Shown here: positions 11,234-21,814 of the stretch, in pieces
Numbering within the stretch: position 1 is the first letter of the stretch
Layout of the letters: each line of letters opens with the position of its first letter
Source: an uncultured Candidatus Saccharibacteria bacterium
GTDB lineage: Bacteria > Patescibacteriota > UBA1384 > CAILIB01 > JAUSJZ01
Reading direction: 5' to 3'
Length of the DNA: 64,000 nucleotides
Assembly (NCBI GenBank): GCA_964421635.1
Contig: CAYQWZ010000001.1
Location: forward strand, 7,267 to 71,266
Translations under genes and position numbers: made by a program
The notes under the pieces: model-generated
Seen by the model: the letters and a program-made list of their open reading frames with translations, nothing else
What the model was told of the DNA's origin: nothing
Database searches by the model: none

Positions 11234-11704
11234 ATGAGAGGAAAGCAAGCAAAGAGAAGAATAATTAAACCAGATATAAAATACAGTTCAGTGACTGTGC
11301 AGAAGTTAATAAATTATATTATGAACTCTGGTAAAAAGTCTACTGCCCAAAGAATTGTCTATGGAGCGCTAGATATTGCTGCTAAAAAATCAAAACAAAA
11401 ACATCTTGATGTGCTTAAAAAAGCAATTGACAATGTTGGGCCAACCCTTGAGGTCAAAAGTAGACGCATTGGTGGCGCTAACTATCAAATTCCGTTTGAG
11501 GTAAATTCAGAGAGAAAACTAGTCCTGTCATTAAGATGGATTGTAGATGCTGCTAGATCTCAAAAAGGCAAAAGTATGGAAGAATTGTTAGCAAGAGAAA
11601 TACTGAATGCCTACAAGGGTGAAGGAACAGCTATTAAAAAGAAAGATGACACTCAAAGAATGGCTGAAGCAAATCGAGCTTTTGCTCACTTCGCCAGATA
11701 TTAA
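11234..11704 (+). CDS. rpsG: 30S ribosomal protein uS7
   Basis: SRRIGGANYQIP, MAEANRAFAHF. Confidence 0.99.
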   Translation: MRGKQAKRRIIKPDIKYSSVTVQKLINYIMNSGKKSTAQRIVYGALDIAAKKSKQKHLDVLKKAIDNVGPTLEVKSRRIGGANYQIPFEVNSERKLVLSLRWIVDAARSQKGKSMEELLAREILNAYKGEGTAIKKKDDTQRMAEANRAFAHFARY

Positions 11705-11723
11705 AAAGCTCTAATAAAGATAA

Positions 11724-13835
11724 ATGGAAAAGGTAAACCTAGATCACGTAAGAAATATTGGAATTATTGCTCATATTGATGCTGGTAAAACAACTGTTAC
11801 TGAGCGTATTTTATATTACACTGGAATTTCGCATAAAATTGGTGAAGTTCATGAAGGAAAGGCAACTATGGACTGGATGGAGCAAGAGAAAGAGCGTGGC
11901 ATCACTATTACTTCAGCTGCAACTACCTGTTTTTGGAAGCCTACTTATACTGAAAATCCTGACCTATATCGCATAAATATAATTGATACTCCAGGTCACG
12001 TTGACTTTACTATTGAAGTGCAGAGATCCTTGCGTGTACTAGATGGAGCAGTAGTAGTGCTAGACGGAAAAATGGGCGTCGAGCCTCAAACCGAAACTGT
12101 TTGGCGGCAGGCAGATGAAAATAAAGTACCAAGAATCTGTTTTATTAATAAGATCAACCTGTTGGGTGGAGACTTTCAAATGTCTGTTAATACTATCCAA
12201 AAAAGATTATCAGATAAAGCCGTTCCGGCCGCTCTTGCAATAGGAGTTGGTGATGAACACAAAGGAATAATAGATTTAGTTCAAAATAAAGCTTATGTAT
12301 ATAAAAATGATGAGAAGATTGAGCTTGAAAAGATTGATGTACCAGATGAGTATAAAGAACAGGCAACTAAATTAAGAGAGCAATTAATTGAAAAAGCAGT
12401 TGAATCTGATGACACATTAATGGAGAAATATTTAAATGGGACTACCCTTTCAGAAGATGAAATAAGGCTAGCTGTAAGAAAAGCTGTATTAGATAATAAT
12501 CTTTATCCAATTTTTGTAGGCGATGGTAGAACAGCAATTATTAAACATTTGTTAGATGCAGTTGTTTCATATTTACCTTCACCAATAGATATTGAACCAG
12601 CTGTTGGAGATGATGTAGATGACGAGGAGAAAAAGATAACTAGAAAACCATCTAATGATGAGCCTTTTGCAGCGCTTGCTTTTAAAGTTGCTTCTGATCC
12701 GTTTGTCGGCAAGCTTACATTTGTGCGTGTTTATTCAGGTATTGTTGAAAATGGTTCTAGCATATTGAATGCTACCAAAGGTCAAACTGAACGCATCGGG
12801 AGAATATTCAGATTGCACGCTAACCACAGAGAAGAAATTGATAGGGGTGAGGCTGGTGAAATCATAGCAGTTGTCGGATTAAAAAATACGACTACTGGTG
12901 ATACTCTGTCTGATCCTAAAGCTCCTCTAATTTTAATGGGCATAAAAGCTACCGACCCTGTTATCTCAATGGCAATTGAACCTAAAACAAAAGCTGACCA
13001 AGAAAAACTAGGAATTGCACTTTCAAGATTAGCCGAGGAAGATCCAACATTTCAAATTAGGTCTGATGATGAAACCGGGCAAACAATTATTTCTGGAATG
13101 GGTGAGCTTCATTTAGATGTTCTAGTAGATAGAATGAAGAGGGAATTTAATGTAGAAGCAAATGTAGGAAAACCTCAGGTTGCATATAAAGAAACTATTA
13201 GAAAAGAAGTCGAAGAAGAAGCAAAATACATTCGACAAACTGGTGGTCGTGGTCAATATGGACATGTATTAATTAAAATTACTCCTTCAGAGCCTGGAGA
13301 AGGATTTGAGTTTATTAATTCAATTGTTGGTGGTTCCATTCCTCGAGAGTATATTCCTGCGGTTGAAAATGGTGTTAAAGAGGCTATGGCTAAAGGTGTT
13401 ATCGCCGGCTACCCAGTAATAGATATGAAGTGTGAGCTTTTTGATGGTACTTATCACGATGTTGACTCATCTGAGGTTGCTTTTAAGATTGCTGGTTCAA
13501 TGGCTCTACAGAATGCAGTTAGAAAAGCTGATCCGGTAATATTAGAGCCAATAGTATCTGTAGAAGTTAATGTCCCTGAGAATTATTTCGGAGATGTGAT
13601 GGGAGATATCAACTCTCGTCGTGGTCAGGTGTTATCCTCTGAAGATAAGGGTACATTAGACATTAAGGTTATTAATGCTGAAGTTCCACTAGCATCGATG
13701 TTTGGCTACGCTACATCTTTACGATCAATGACTCAAGGTCGTGGTAATTATGTGATGGAGTTTGCTAAATATGCAGATGTTCCTAAAAGTATTCAGCTAG
13801 AATTAACAGCTAGCCCAACTGATGAGAAAAAATAA
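11724..13835 (+). CDS. fusA: Elongation factor G (atypical G4/G5 motifs)
   Basis: [36 protein letters not shown]; position in str operon. Confidence 0.98.
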   Translation: MEKVNLDHVRNIGIIAHIDAGKTTVTERILYYTGISHKIGEVHEGKATMDWMEQEKERGITITSAATTCFWKPTYTENPDLYRINIIDTPGHVDFTIEVQRSLRVLDGAVVVLDGKMGVEPQTETVWRQADENKVPRICFINKINLLGGDFQMSVNTIQKRLSDKAVPAALAIGVGDEHKGIIDLVQNKAYVYKNDEKIELEKIDVPDEYKEQATKLREQLIEKAVESDDTLMEKYLNGTTLSEDEIRLAVRKAVLDNNLYPIFVGDGRTAIIKHLLDAVVSYLPSPIDIEPAVGDDVDDEEKKITRKPSNDEPFAALAFKVASDPFVGKLTFVRVYSGIVENGSSILNATKGQTERIGRIFRLHANHREEIDRGEAGEIIAVVGLKNTTTGDTLSDPKAPLILMGIKATDPVISMAIEPKTKADQEKLGIALSRLAEEDPTFQIRSDDETGQTIISGMGELHLDVLVDRMKREFNVEANVGKPQVAYKETIRKEVEEEAKYIRQTGGRGQYGHVLIKITPSEPGEGFEFINSIVGGSIPREYIPAVENGVKEAMAKGVIAGYPVIDMKCELFDGTYHDVDSSEVAFKIAGSMALQNAVRKADPVILEPIVSVEVNVPENYFGDVMGDINSRRGQVLSSEDKGTLDIKVINAEVPLASMFGYATSLRSMTQGRGNYVMEFAKYADVPKSIQLELTASPTDEKK

Positions 13836-13845
13836 TTTTAATCTG

Positions 13846-13874
13846 TTGACAGGTGACAGAAATTACATTATAGT
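13846..13874 (+). promoter_or_regulatory. Sigma70-type promoter for tuf
   Basis: TTGACA-17 nt-TATAGT. Confidence 0.8.
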
Positions 13875-13950
13875 ATTTAAGGAATGAAGAAAGCCTTTAT
13901 CTGGTTTTTTTGTAGTTATACATAAATTAAAAAAATAGTAATAAGTACCC

Positions 13951-15132
13951 ATGTCAGATAAATTTGAAAGATCAAAGCCACACATTAATGTAGGTACTAT
14001 TGGTCATGTGGACCATGGTAAAACTACCCTTACGGCTGCCATTACAACCGTTTTAGCTAAAGACGGAAAGGCCAAAGCGATGAACTTTGACCAAATAGAT
14101 AACGCTCCTGAAGAGAAAGAGCGTGGTATTACAATTGCCACTACTCACTGTGAGTATGAATCAGACACAAGACATTATGCTCATGTTGACTGTCCAGGTC
14201 ATGCTGACTATGTTAAAAATATGATTACCGGCGCTGCTCAAATGGATGCAGCAATTTTAGTAGTCTCTGCACCAGATGGACCTATGCCACAAACTCGAGA
14301 ACATATCCTTCTTGCATATCAGGTAGGTGTTCCTAGAATTATAGTATTTCTGAATAAAATAGATATGGTTGATGACGAAGAGTTGTTAGACTTGGTGGAA
14401 ATTGAAATAAGAGAGCTATTAACTAAGTATAAGTTCGACGGAGAAAATACTCCAATTATTCGCGGTTCAGCCTTAAAAGCTCTTGAAGGAGACGAAAAGG
14501 CAGCTGAATCTATAAAAGAATTGATTAAGAGTTTAGACGAATATATTCCAGAGCCAAAAAGAGACATTGATAAAGATTTATTAATGCCTGTTGAGGATGT
14601 CTTCTCAATTAAGGGTCGTGGCACTGTTGCGACTGGTAGAATTGAGCGAGGTATTGTAAAGGTAAACGACGAAGTTGAACTGGTTGGAATTAAAGAAACA
14701 AGAAAAGTTGTCGTTACAGGAGTAGAGATGTTCAAGAAACTACTTGACCAAGGTCAAGCTGGAGATAATGTTGGAATCTTACTACGAGGAATTGAAAGAG
14801 AAGAAATCGAGCGTGGACAGGTAATTGCTAAGCCAGGTTCAATTACTCCTCACACTGAATTTGAAGCTGAAATCTATATCCTTAATAAAGATGAAGGAGG
14901 ACGACATACTCCGTTTTTCAAAGGATACAAACCTCAGTTTTATGTTAGAACTACAGATGTGACAGGAGAGGTTAAACTGCCAAAAGACACAGAAATGGTC
15001 ATGCCTGGCGATACTGCCAATCTAGAGATTCAACTAATTGTACCGATTGCCCTAGAAGACGGAATGCGGTTTGCAATTAGAGAAGGTGGTAGAACAGTAG
15101 GTGCTGGAGTAGTAACAAAGATAATCAAATAG
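13951..15132 (+). CDS. tuf: Elongation factor Tu
   Basis: [25 protein letters not shown]. Confidence 0.99.
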   Translation: MSDKFERSKPHINVGTIGHVDHGKTTLTAAITTVLAKDGKAKAMNFDQIDNAPEEKERGITIATTHCEYESDTRHYAHVDCPGHADYVKNMITGAAQMDAAILVVSAPDGPMPQTREHILLAYQVGVPRIIVFLNKIDMVDDEELLDLVEIEIRELLTKYKFDGENTPIIRGSALKALEGDEKAAESIKELIKSLDEYIPEPKRDIDKDLLMPVEDVFSIKGRGTVATGRIERGIVKVNDEVELVGIKETRKVVVTGVEMFKKLLDQGQAGDNVGILLRGIEREEIERGQVIAKPGSITPHTEFEAEIYILNKDEGGRHTPFFKGYKPQFYVRTTDVTGEVKLPKDTEMVMPGDTANLEIQLIVPIALEDGMRFAIREGGRTVGAGVVTKIIK

Positions 15133-15184
15133 ACACAAGCAGCTCTCCACGAAAGTGGAGAGTTGTTGTGTCTCGGTTGAGACA
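15131..15184 (+). promoter_or_regulatory. Structured tuf-rpsJ spacer: long GAAA-capped hairpin plus an alternative short hairpin
   Basis: AGACACAA-G-CAGCTCTCCAC-GAAA-GTGGAGAGTTG-TTGTGTCT (19 bp); alternative TGTCTC-GGTT-GAGACA. Confidence 0.65.
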
Positions 15185-15189
15185 AGCAT

Positions 15190-15525
15190 ATGAAAAAAGT
15201 AAAGAAAGCTGAACAATCTTACAAGCAAAAAGTAAGAATAAAGTTGAAGGCTTATGATCATCGCATCATAGACTCAGCTGCTAAACAGATCATTGATACT
15301 GTTGAGCGAACAGGTGCAAAAACTATTGGTCCTATTCCTTTGCCAACGCAGAAGACTATTACTACAGTTTTACGCTCGCCTCACGTTCATAAAGATTCAA
15401 GAGAGCAGTTTGAGATGCGTACGCATAAGCGTTTAATTGATGTATTTGATCCGGCGTCAAACACCATTGATAATCTAATGCACCTAGATCTTCCAGCCGG
15501 TGTAGATGTTGAGATGAAAATGTAA
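15190..15525 (+). CDS. rpsJ: 30S ribosomal protein uS10
   Basis: [27 protein letters not shown]. Confidence 0.99.
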   Translation: MKKVKKAEQSYKQKVRIKLKAYDHRIIDSAAKQIIDTVERTGAKTIGPIPLPTQKTITTVLRSPHVHKDSREQFEMRTHKRLIDVFDPASNTIDNLMHLDLPAGVDVEMKM

Positions 15526-15595
15526 CGATACTACTTCTAAATAGAAGCAAGTCGGCAATAAGTAAATTACTTTGAGCCGATTAAGGCTCATTTTT
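15526..15595 (+). promoter_or_regulatory. Putative attenuator between rpsJ and rplC
   Basis: Terminator-like TGAGCC-GATTAA-GGCTCA-TTTTT with competing pairing AGTCGGC/GCCGATT. Confidence 0.5.
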
Positions 15596-15597
15596 AA

Positions 15598-16119
15598 ATG
15601 AAAATGCTAATCACCAAAAAACAGGGAATGACTCGCATCCATCGTCAGAATGGAATAGTTTGCGCTGTCACAATTCTTTCTGTACAGGAAGCAAAGAAAG
15701 TTGGTGAGCGAACAGAGATAAAAGATGGTTATATAGCCACAATATTTGATGCCGATGGCAAGAAATTCGAATGTTTAGGTAATGATTGTGACTCTAACCT
15801 AGAAGGATTAGATAACGGTCAGCCAATAGAGATTGTCGGAAAAACGAAAGGAAAAGGTTTTTCAGGCACAATTAAAAGATATAGCTTTGCACAAGGCCCA
15901 ATGTCGCACGGTTCTCACAACAAAAGACAGCCTGGAGCCGTTGGATCTGCTTATCCGCAGCGTGTAGTTAAAGGGCAAAAAATGCCTGGAAGGATGGGGG
16001 GTGGTCAGACTACTATCAAAACTGTTGTAGAAGAAGTAATTAAAGATAAAAATTACCTATTAGTAAAAGGCTCTGTACCTGGTAAAAGAGGAACGATGCT
16101 AATGGTAAAAACAGTCTAA
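15598..16119 (+). CDS. rplC: 50S ribosomal protein uL3 (shortened)
   Basis: [32 protein letters not shown]; operon position. Confidence 0.96.
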   Translation: MKMLITKKQGMTRIHRQNGIVCAVTILSVQEAKKVGERTEIKDGYIATIFDADGKKFECLGNDCDSNLEGLDNGQPIEIVGKTKGKGFSGTIKRYSFAQGPMSHGSHNKRQPGAVGSAYPQRVVKGQKMPGRMGGGQTTIKTVVEEVIKDKNYLLVKGSVPGKRGTMLMVKTV

Positions 16120-16733
16120 TGAAAATAGATAAAATTAGTGCAGAATCTGTTATAAAGGTAGATTACCCAAAGACACTTGAAGGTAAGGTTTGTGCTGATC
16201 TAATTAATCAATATAATCAGTATGTTAACCACAAAACTACAATTAAAGCTGGTCACACAAAGAATAAAGCTGAAGTTCGAGGGGGTGGTGCTAAACCATG
16301 GAAGCAGAAAGGAACTGGACGGGCACGACATGGTTCTTCTAGATCACCTATATGGAGAGGAGGAGGTATCACTTTTGGACCGCGCACAAATACCAAAAAA
16401 AAGGTTCTTATGAATAAGAAAATGCGTCGTTCCGCATTTAAAGCAATCCTTTCAATTTTAGCTAAAAATAATCAAGTAAAGGTTTCTTCTTTTAAGAAAA
16501 GTGACGAGCCTAGAGCTGTAAGAAAGCAACTGTTAGAGCAACTAAAAGATTTTAGTTCTGCTAAATTAGTTGTCCTAAATAGAAAAGAGGCGGCACTAGC
16601 TAAGGCATCTAATATTCAGAACGCTGAAGTAATTAGCTTGAATCGTTTTGGTGCAAAGCAGATGGCTGGAAAAGGAGTAGTGATTTTTGAAGAGGAAGCA
16701 TTAAATGAATTAGAGAAGAGGTTTAAGTCATGA
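16119..16733 (+). CDS. rplD: 50S ribosomal protein uL4
   Basis: [27 protein letters not shown]. Confidence 0.97.
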   Translation: MKIDKISAESVIKVDYPKTLEGKVCADLINQYNQYVNHKTTIKAGHTKNKAEVRGGGAKPWKQKGTGRARHGSSRSPIWRGGGITFGPRTNTKKKVLMNKKMRRSAFKAILSILAKNNQVKVSSFKKSDEPRAVRKQLLEQLKDFSSAKLVVLNRKEAALAKASNIQNAEVISLNRFGAKQMAGKGVVIFEEEALNELEKRFKS

Positions 16734-17035
16734 TTAAAGCTCATCTGACAGAAAAAAGTTATATGCTTGCCAATACTGATCAACCAGTATTTACCTTTGA
16801 GGTGGGTAAAAGTATGAATAAAGAGATGATAAAGAAGTATCTCAAAGAGAATATGAAGGTTGATGTGCTAAAGATAAAAATTATTACTGGTAGAAATAAA
16901 TCTGTTAAATTTAGAGGCATTAGTGGCAAAAAGGCAATAATTAAAAAAGCAGTTGTTACTTTAAAGGTAGGACAAAAGATTGATGAGTTGATAGTCGAAA
17001 AAGATAAGAAAAAAGATAAGAAAGCTAATAAATAA
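16730..17035 (+). CDS. rplW: 50S ribosomal protein uL23
   Basis: TEKS, KKAVVTL; synteny. Confidence 0.92.
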   Translation: MIKAHLTEKSYMLANTDQPVFTFEVGKSMNKEMIKKYLKENMKVDVLKIKIITGRNKSVKFRGISGKKAIIKKAVVTLKVGQKIDELIVEKDKKKDKKANK

Positions 17036-17037
17036 TC

Positions 17038-17841
17038 ATGGCCAATAGAATAATCAAACCTACTACTGCTGCTAGACGCAATATGACCGCGGCTGATTTT
17101 TCTATGATTACAAAAAACAAGGCTAAAAAATCATTATTGAGGGGAAAAATGTCAGTAGCCGGCAGAAGTAATCAAGGTAAAATTACAATCCGTCACAGAG
17201 GAAGTGGTGCTAAAAGATCTTTGAGGGACATCAATTTTAAAAACGTAGATAGTAAATATGAGGTTGTGTCTATTGAGTATGACCCTAATAGATCTTCCAG
17301 AATTGCCTTGGTAGAAGATGAAAACAAAAAACATTCCTATATATTGGCTTCAAACAAGCTGAAGGTTGGAGATAAATTAGAAACTGCCGAAAATGTGGCC
17401 GTTAAAGAAGGTAATACAATGGCCCTAAAGAATATTCCTGTTGGTATATTAATTCATAATATTGAATTGAAACCTGGTCAGGGGGGGAAGATAGCCAGAT
17501 CTGCTGGTACATATGGCATTGTGCAGGCAGTTGAGGGCGGAATGGTAAATATAAAACTGTCAAGTGGGCAGGTCAAATTATTTCAGGAAAACTGCAAAGC
17601 AACCCTCGGACAGGTCGGAAACATCCATCATAGTGCAGTAAAAATTGGAAAAGCAGGCAGAAACAGGTATAAAGGTAAAAGACCAACTGTAAGAGGAAAG
17701 GCTATGCATCCGGGAGCTCACCCACATGGTGGAGGTGAAGGTAATACCTCAATTGGTCTTAAAGGTGGTCCAAAGACCAAGTGGGGAGCTAAGGCCTTAG
17801 GAGTTAAAACAAGAAAGAGAAGTAAACCTAAAATTAAATAA
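17038..17841 (+). CDS. rplB: 50S ribosomal protein uL2
   Basis: IEYDPNRS, RSAG, HPHGGGEG. Confidence 0.98.
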   Translation: MANRIIKPTTAARRNMTAADFSMITKNKAKKSLLRGKMSVAGRSNQGKITIRHRGSGAKRSLRDINFKNVDSKYEVVSIEYDPNRSSRIALVEDENKKHSYILASNKLKVGDKLETAENVAVKEGNTMALKNIPVGILIHNIELKPGQGGKIARSAGTYGIVQAVEGGMVNIKLSSGQVKLFQENCKATLGQVGNIHHSAVKIGKAGRNRYKGKRPTVRGKAMHPGAHPHGGGEGNTSIGLKGGPKTKWGAKALGVKTRKRSKPKIK

Positions 17842-17843
17842 TC

Positions 17844-18149
17844 ATGGCCAGATCATTAAAGAAAGGTGCGTTCACTCACCCATCAATTCTAAAGAAGATT
17901 GATAAGCTAAAACAGGGAGACAGAACACCTATTAAAACCTGGAGTCGAAACAGCACTATTATTCCTCAAATGGTCGGGTTTACATTTGGTATTCATACTG
18001 GTAGAGATTTTTTCAATTTATTAATAACTGAAGAGCATGTCGGACACAAGCTTGGTGAATTTGCAGCAACGCGTAAATTCATCAGACATGGTGGTCGAAT
18101 GGCTAAAGAAGAAGAGGGTGAAGGACAAGCAACTAAAAGAGAAGAATGA
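17844..18149 (+). CDS. rpsS: 30S ribosomal protein uS19
   Basis: RSLKKG, KTWSR, VGHKLGEF. Confidence 0.98.
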   Translation: MARSLKKGAFTHPSILKKIDKLKQGDRTPIKTWSRNSTIIPQMVGFTFGIHTGRDFFNLLITEEHVGHKLGEFAATRKFIRHGGRMAKEEEGEGQATKREE

Positions 18150-18544
18150 GTTATCAGCAAAAAGTAAAATATTTGCGTATTGCACCCAAAAAACTACGCT
18201 TAGTTGCGAAGTTGGTTATTGGTAAAGGCACAAATCAAGCTATTGACATTTTATCTGTACAAAAACAGAAAGGCTCTGATATGTTGTTAAAGTCAATAAA
18301 AAGCGCTGTAAATAACGCTGAAGCTAATAATATTGACCTTACAAAAATGGTGATAGTATCTATTAGTTGCAATAAAGGTCCAATATTTATGCGACGCTGG
18401 ATTCGACCAAGAGGTGTATCCTTGCCTAAAAGAAAGTATACCTCTCACGCTGTAATAGTTTTTGGCGAAAAGAAAAAAACAAAAAAAACAATTATCAAAA
18501 ATATTAAAAAAGAAAGACAAGTAACCACTAAAGAGGTTAAATAA
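18146..18544 (+). CDS. rplV: 50S ribosomal protein uL22 (Lys-rich C-tail)
   Basis: [19 protein letters not shown]; synteny. Confidence 0.95.
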   Translation: MSYQQKVKYLRIAPKKLRLVAKLVIGKGTNQAIDILSVQKQKGSDMLLKSIKSAVNNAEANNIDLTKMVIVSISCNKGPIFMRRWIRPRGVSLPKRKYTSHAVIVFGEKKKTKKTIIKNIKKERQVTTKEVK

Positions 18545-19191
18545 TGGGTCATAAAGTACATCCAAGTGGTATGCGACGAGGATTGAGGTCTGAATGGCCA
18601 TCAAAGTGGTTTGCTAATGGCGGATTATATTCCAAAAACTTGATTGAAGACATAAAAATAAGAAAGTTTATACAGAAAAAATTTGATTCTGCTGGAATTG
18701 AAGATATTGTGATTAAACGAAATGCCAATTTAATAGAAATTGAAATAAAGACGGCTAAGCCGGGTATTATTATTGGACGAAGTGGCTCAGGTGCAAAAGA
18801 GATTAAGGATTTAGTTTTAAGTTTATTTACACAAAGAAATGAGGCACAAAAGCCCCATATTAGAATTAATATTGTTGAAACAAAAGATTCTGACCTTTCA
18901 GCTCAATTAATTGCTGAGAATATTGCTAAGGCGTTAGAGAGAAGAATTAATGTACGCCGAGCAGTCAAACAAGCAATGGAGAGAGCCAAAGAAAGAGGCG
19001 TAAAAGGAATTAAAATTCGAGTATCGGGACGTTTAAATGGTTCAGATATTGCCCGTTCTGAATATGTTTCATACGGTTCTGTTCCCCTTTCTACCCTTAA
19101 AGCTAATATATACTATAGCATGATTCACGCCTGGACATCATACGGTACTATTGGCGTCAAGGTTTGGGTATATAAAGGTGAAGAGATATAG
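18544..19191 (+). CDS. rpsC: 30S ribosomal protein uS3
   Basis: MGHKVHP, PGIIIG, SGRLNG, GVKVW. Confidence 0.98.
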   Translation: MGHKVHPSGMRRGLRSEWPSKWFANGGLYSKNLIEDIKIRKFIQKKFDSAGIEDIVIKRNANLIEIEIKTAKPGIIIGRSGSGAKEIKDLVLSLFTQRNEAQKPHIRINIVETKDSDLSAQLIAENIAKALERRINVRRAVKQAMERAKERGVKGIKIRVSGRLNGSDIARSEYVSYGSVPLSTLKANIYYSMIHAWTSYGTIGVKVWVYKGEEI

Positions 19192-19193
19192 CC

Positions 19194-19598
19194 ATGTTAA
19201 TACCAAAAAGAGCAAAATTTAGAAAACGCCAGAGAGGCAAGAATAGAGGCATCACCACCGGTGGTAGCAAGATTGATTTTGGTCAAATTGGACTGCAGGC
19301 AGTAGAGAATGGTTTTTTGTCTTCAAGACAGATTGAATCAGCTAGAAGAGCCATCACTAGATATATCAAGCGTGGAGGGCAGGTATGGATTAGAGTTTTC
19401 CCCGATCATCCGGTTACTAAGAAAGGTTCAGAAGTTCCAATGGGAAAAGGTAAGGGAGCCGTTGACCATTATGTATCATATGTGAAGAGAGGCAGAATGA
19501 TTTTTGAAGTCGGTGGTATTGATGACGCTCTTGGCAAAGAAGCCCTGCGTCTAGCAGCCAATAAATTATCAGTTAAAACAGTAGTCAGATATAAATAA
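19194..19598 (+). CDS. rplP: 50S ribosomal protein uL16
   Basis: QIESARR, WIRVFPD, MGKGKG. Confidence 0.98.
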   Translation: MLIPKRAKFRKRQRGKNRGITTGGSKIDFGQIGLQAVENGFLSSRQIESARRAITRYIKRGGQVWIRVFPDHPVTKKGSEVPMGKGKGAVDHYVSYVKRGRMIFEVGGIDDALGKEALRLAANKLSVKTVVRYK

Positions 19599-19600
19599 TC

Positions 19601-19801
19601 ATGAAAAATAAAGAGCAGATATCAAAATACAGAGAGATGAATATGTCTGATTTATATGTCAAGGCGCAATCTTTGGTAAAAGATGCTAATAGCAATAAGA
19701 TAAATGATGAACAGGATGCTCATTTACCAAGCAAGAGAAGAAAGGATATTGCCAGAATTAAGACGGTAATATCTGAAAAGAAAATTTTAAATAATGAATA
19801 A
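19601..19801 (+). CDS. rpmC: 50S ribosomal protein uL29 (divergent)
   Basis: RKDIARIKT; position between rplP and rpsQ. Confidence 0.88.
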   Translation: MKNKEQISKYREMNMSDLYVKAQSLVKDANSNKINDEQDAHLPSKRRKDIARIKTVISEKKILNNE

Positions 19802-20024
19802 GCAAGTTATAACAATTAATGGAACAGTAACTGCAGTAAACGGTGCTACAGCGAAGGTTTTAGTTGAGAGAACAAAAACTCATCCTAAATACAATAAGAG
19901 TTACAAAGTTTCAAGAAATTTTCATGCTCATATTGATGAAAGGCAAAATGTTACAGTCGGTGACGATGTGACACTGATTCCATCAAAGAAAATTAGTAAG
20001 ATGAAGGCTTGGCTTATTAAATAA
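19794..20024 (+). CDS. rpsQ: 30S ribosomal protein uS17
   Basis: HPKYNK, GDDV, ISKMKAW; synteny. Confidence 0.93.
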   Translation: MNKQVITINGTVTAVNGATAKVLVERTKTHPKYNKSYKVSRNFHAHIDERQNVTVGDDVTLIPSKKISKMKAWLIK

Positions 20025-20029
20025 ATATA

Positions 20030-20398
20030 ATGATTCAACCAGGTTCAAAACTACATATTGCAGATAACTCAGGCGCTCGAATTATAGAGTGCATCACTGT
20101 TTTGGGTGGAAGTAAACGCGATCAGGCTGAGGTAGGTCATGTCATTTCTGCTAGTGTAAAATTTGCTGCTCCGCATGGACAGATAAAGAAGAAGGCTGTG
20201 ATAAAGGCTTTAATTGTAAGACAGAAAAAACCTTTTCAAAGAAAAGATGGCACTAATATTAGATTTGATGAAAATGCCGCAGTTATTATTGATGATAACA
20301 AGCAGCCGGTTGGAACAAGAATCTTTGGCCCTGTATTGAGAGAGCTCAGAGAGCTTGGTTATCAAAAGATCATCTCATTAGCGGAGGAAGTATTATGA
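20030..20398 (+). CDS. rplN: 50S ribosomal protein uL14
   Basis: [22 protein letters not shown]. Confidence 0.98.
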   Translation: MIQPGSKLHIADNSGARIIECITVLGGSKRDQAEVGHVISASVKFAAPHGQIKKKAVIKALIVRQKKPFQRKDGTNIRFDENAAVIIDDNKQPVGTRIFGPVLRELRELGYQKIISLAEEVL

Positions 20399-20724
20399 AA
20401 AAAATAAGAGTAGGTGATACTGTTTTTGTGAGGTTAGGAAAGTTTAGAACAAAAACAGGAATAGTTGAGAAGATTATGGGACAAAGAGTTTTGGTGTCAG
20501 GAATAAACACAGTTAAAAAACACCAGAAAAAGAGCGAAATTAATCCTCAAGGAGGAATAATTGAAAAAATCTTACCGATAGATATTTCCAATGTAATGTT
20601 AATTGATAAAAAGACAAAAAAACCATCAAGGGTAAGAATTGAACAAGAAAAGAATAGTAAGAAAAGAGTATATTCCAAAAGTTCCGAAGAGGTTGAATTA
20701 GCAAGTGATAAGAATCAAAAATGA
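20395..20724 (+). CDS. rplX: 50S ribosomal protein uL24
   Basis: KOW motif GDTV..GK, GGIIEK, ISNV. Confidence 0.96.
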   Translation: MKKIRVGDTVFVRLGKFRTKTGIVEKIMGQRVLVSGINTVKKHQKKSEINPQGGIIEKILPIDISNVMLIDKKTKKPSRVRIEQEKNSKKRVYSKSSEEVELASDKNQK

Positions 20725-21248
20725 AAAATTCTACCACAGTAAATATTGATAGCAAAATACTTGCTAAACAGTTAAAGTTTAGTAATCATTTTGAGGTGCC
20801 TAAAATCAGTAGAGCAGTAGTCAATGTTGGCGTTGGTTCAATTGTTGAGAAAGATGCTAGAAAAAAAGTTGCCGAACTAATTACTAGAATAATTGGCCAA
20901 AAGGTAGTACCAACAAAAGCAAAGAAATCAGTTTCAGCTTTCAAGATTCGACAAGGAAACACAGTCGGGCTTAAAGCAACGCTACGAGGAAAGAGGATGT
21001 ATTATTTTATAGATAAGCTAATTCAGGTTGCGCTACCTCGTACTAGAGATTTTCAAGGAATAAATAAATCAGCTGTAACCAGTAGTGGTATATCAATTGG
21101 TATAAAAGATATTACGATATTTCCGGAAATAAAACCAGATGAAGTAAAAGAAACAACTGGAATGCAGGTTAATTTAGTAACTCAAAATAAAGATAAACAA
21201 GCATTGGAAGATTATTTTAAAGCAATTGGTTTTCCAATAGAAAAGTAG
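20721..21248 (+). CDS. rplE: 50S ribosomal protein uL5
   Basis: VVNVGVG, GQK, FKIRQG, LPRTRDF, FPEI. Confidence 0.96.
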   Translation: MKNSTTVNIDSKILAKQLKFSNHFEVPKISRAVVNVGVGSIVEKDARKKVAELITRIIGQKVVPTKAKKSVSAFKIRQGNTVGLKATLRGKRMYYFIDKLIQVALPRTRDFQGINKSAVTSSGISIGIKDITIFPEIKPDEVKETTGMQVNLVTQNKDKQALEDYFKAIGFPIEK

Positions 21249-21249
21249 T

Positions 21250-21435
21250 ATGGCAAAAAAATCCTTAATTATAAAAGCAAACAGAAAACCTAAATTCAGT
21301 ACACGTAAAGTATACCGATGTCAGCTTTGTGGTCGCTCAAGAGCAGTTATCAGAAAGTTTGGAATGTGTCGGCTCTGCTTTCGAGAGCATGCGTCTCGAG
21401 GTGAAATTCCAGGTATTAAAAAATCAAGTTGGTAA
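21250..21435 (+). CDS. rpsN: 30S ribosomal protein uS14, Zn-binding type Z
   Basis: 61 aa, CQLC..CRLC, GEIPG..SSW. Confidence 0.97.
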   Translation: MAKKSLIIKANRKPKFSTRKVYRCQLCGRSRAVIRKFGMCRLCFREHASRGEIPGIKKSSW

Positions 21436-21439
21436 TATT

Positions 21440-21811
21440 ATGACAGATCCAATTGCAGACTTATTAATTAGACTAAAGAACGCATCAATGAGCAAAAAAA
21501 GCTCTTGCGATGTGTTAGCTTCGAAGTTCAATAAAAATCTACTACAAATTTTAGTAGAGAAAGGTTTTATAAAAGAGTATAAGGATTCTGAAGATGAGCG
21601 GTACTTGATTGTAAAGTTAGTTTCTGGTAAGATTTTTGAGTTAAGAAGACTATCAAAACCAGGCCGAAGACTGTATGTCGGTTATAAAAAAATACCTCTT
21701 TCTAAATCACCAGATGGTATTGTAATCGTATCAACACCAAATGGTTTAATGACGGGTAAAGATTCAATTGCTAAAAAATCTGGTGGAGAATTAATATGTG
21801 AGGTAGCCTAA
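21440..21811 (+). CDS. rpsH: 30S ribosomal protein uS8
   Basis: True start MTDPIADLL at 21440; SKPGRRLY, STPNG, GGE. Confidence 0.96.
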   Translation: MTDPIADLLIRLKNASMSKKSSCDVLASKFNKNLLQILVEKGFIKEYKDSEDERYLIVKLVSGKIFELRRLSKPGRRLYVGYKKIPLSKSPDGIVIVSTPNGLMTGKDSIAKKSGGELICEVA

Positions 21812-21814
21812 ATC

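Noticed and set aside
3700-15547. Shared AAATAGAAG and TTACTT words in the rpoB leader and rpsJ-rplC spacer
   Set aside because: Short AT-rich matches with different spacing; plausible by chance
21329-21439. Apparent N-terminal extension of uS8
   Set aside because: Overlaps rpsN; the canonical MTDPIAD start is at 21440
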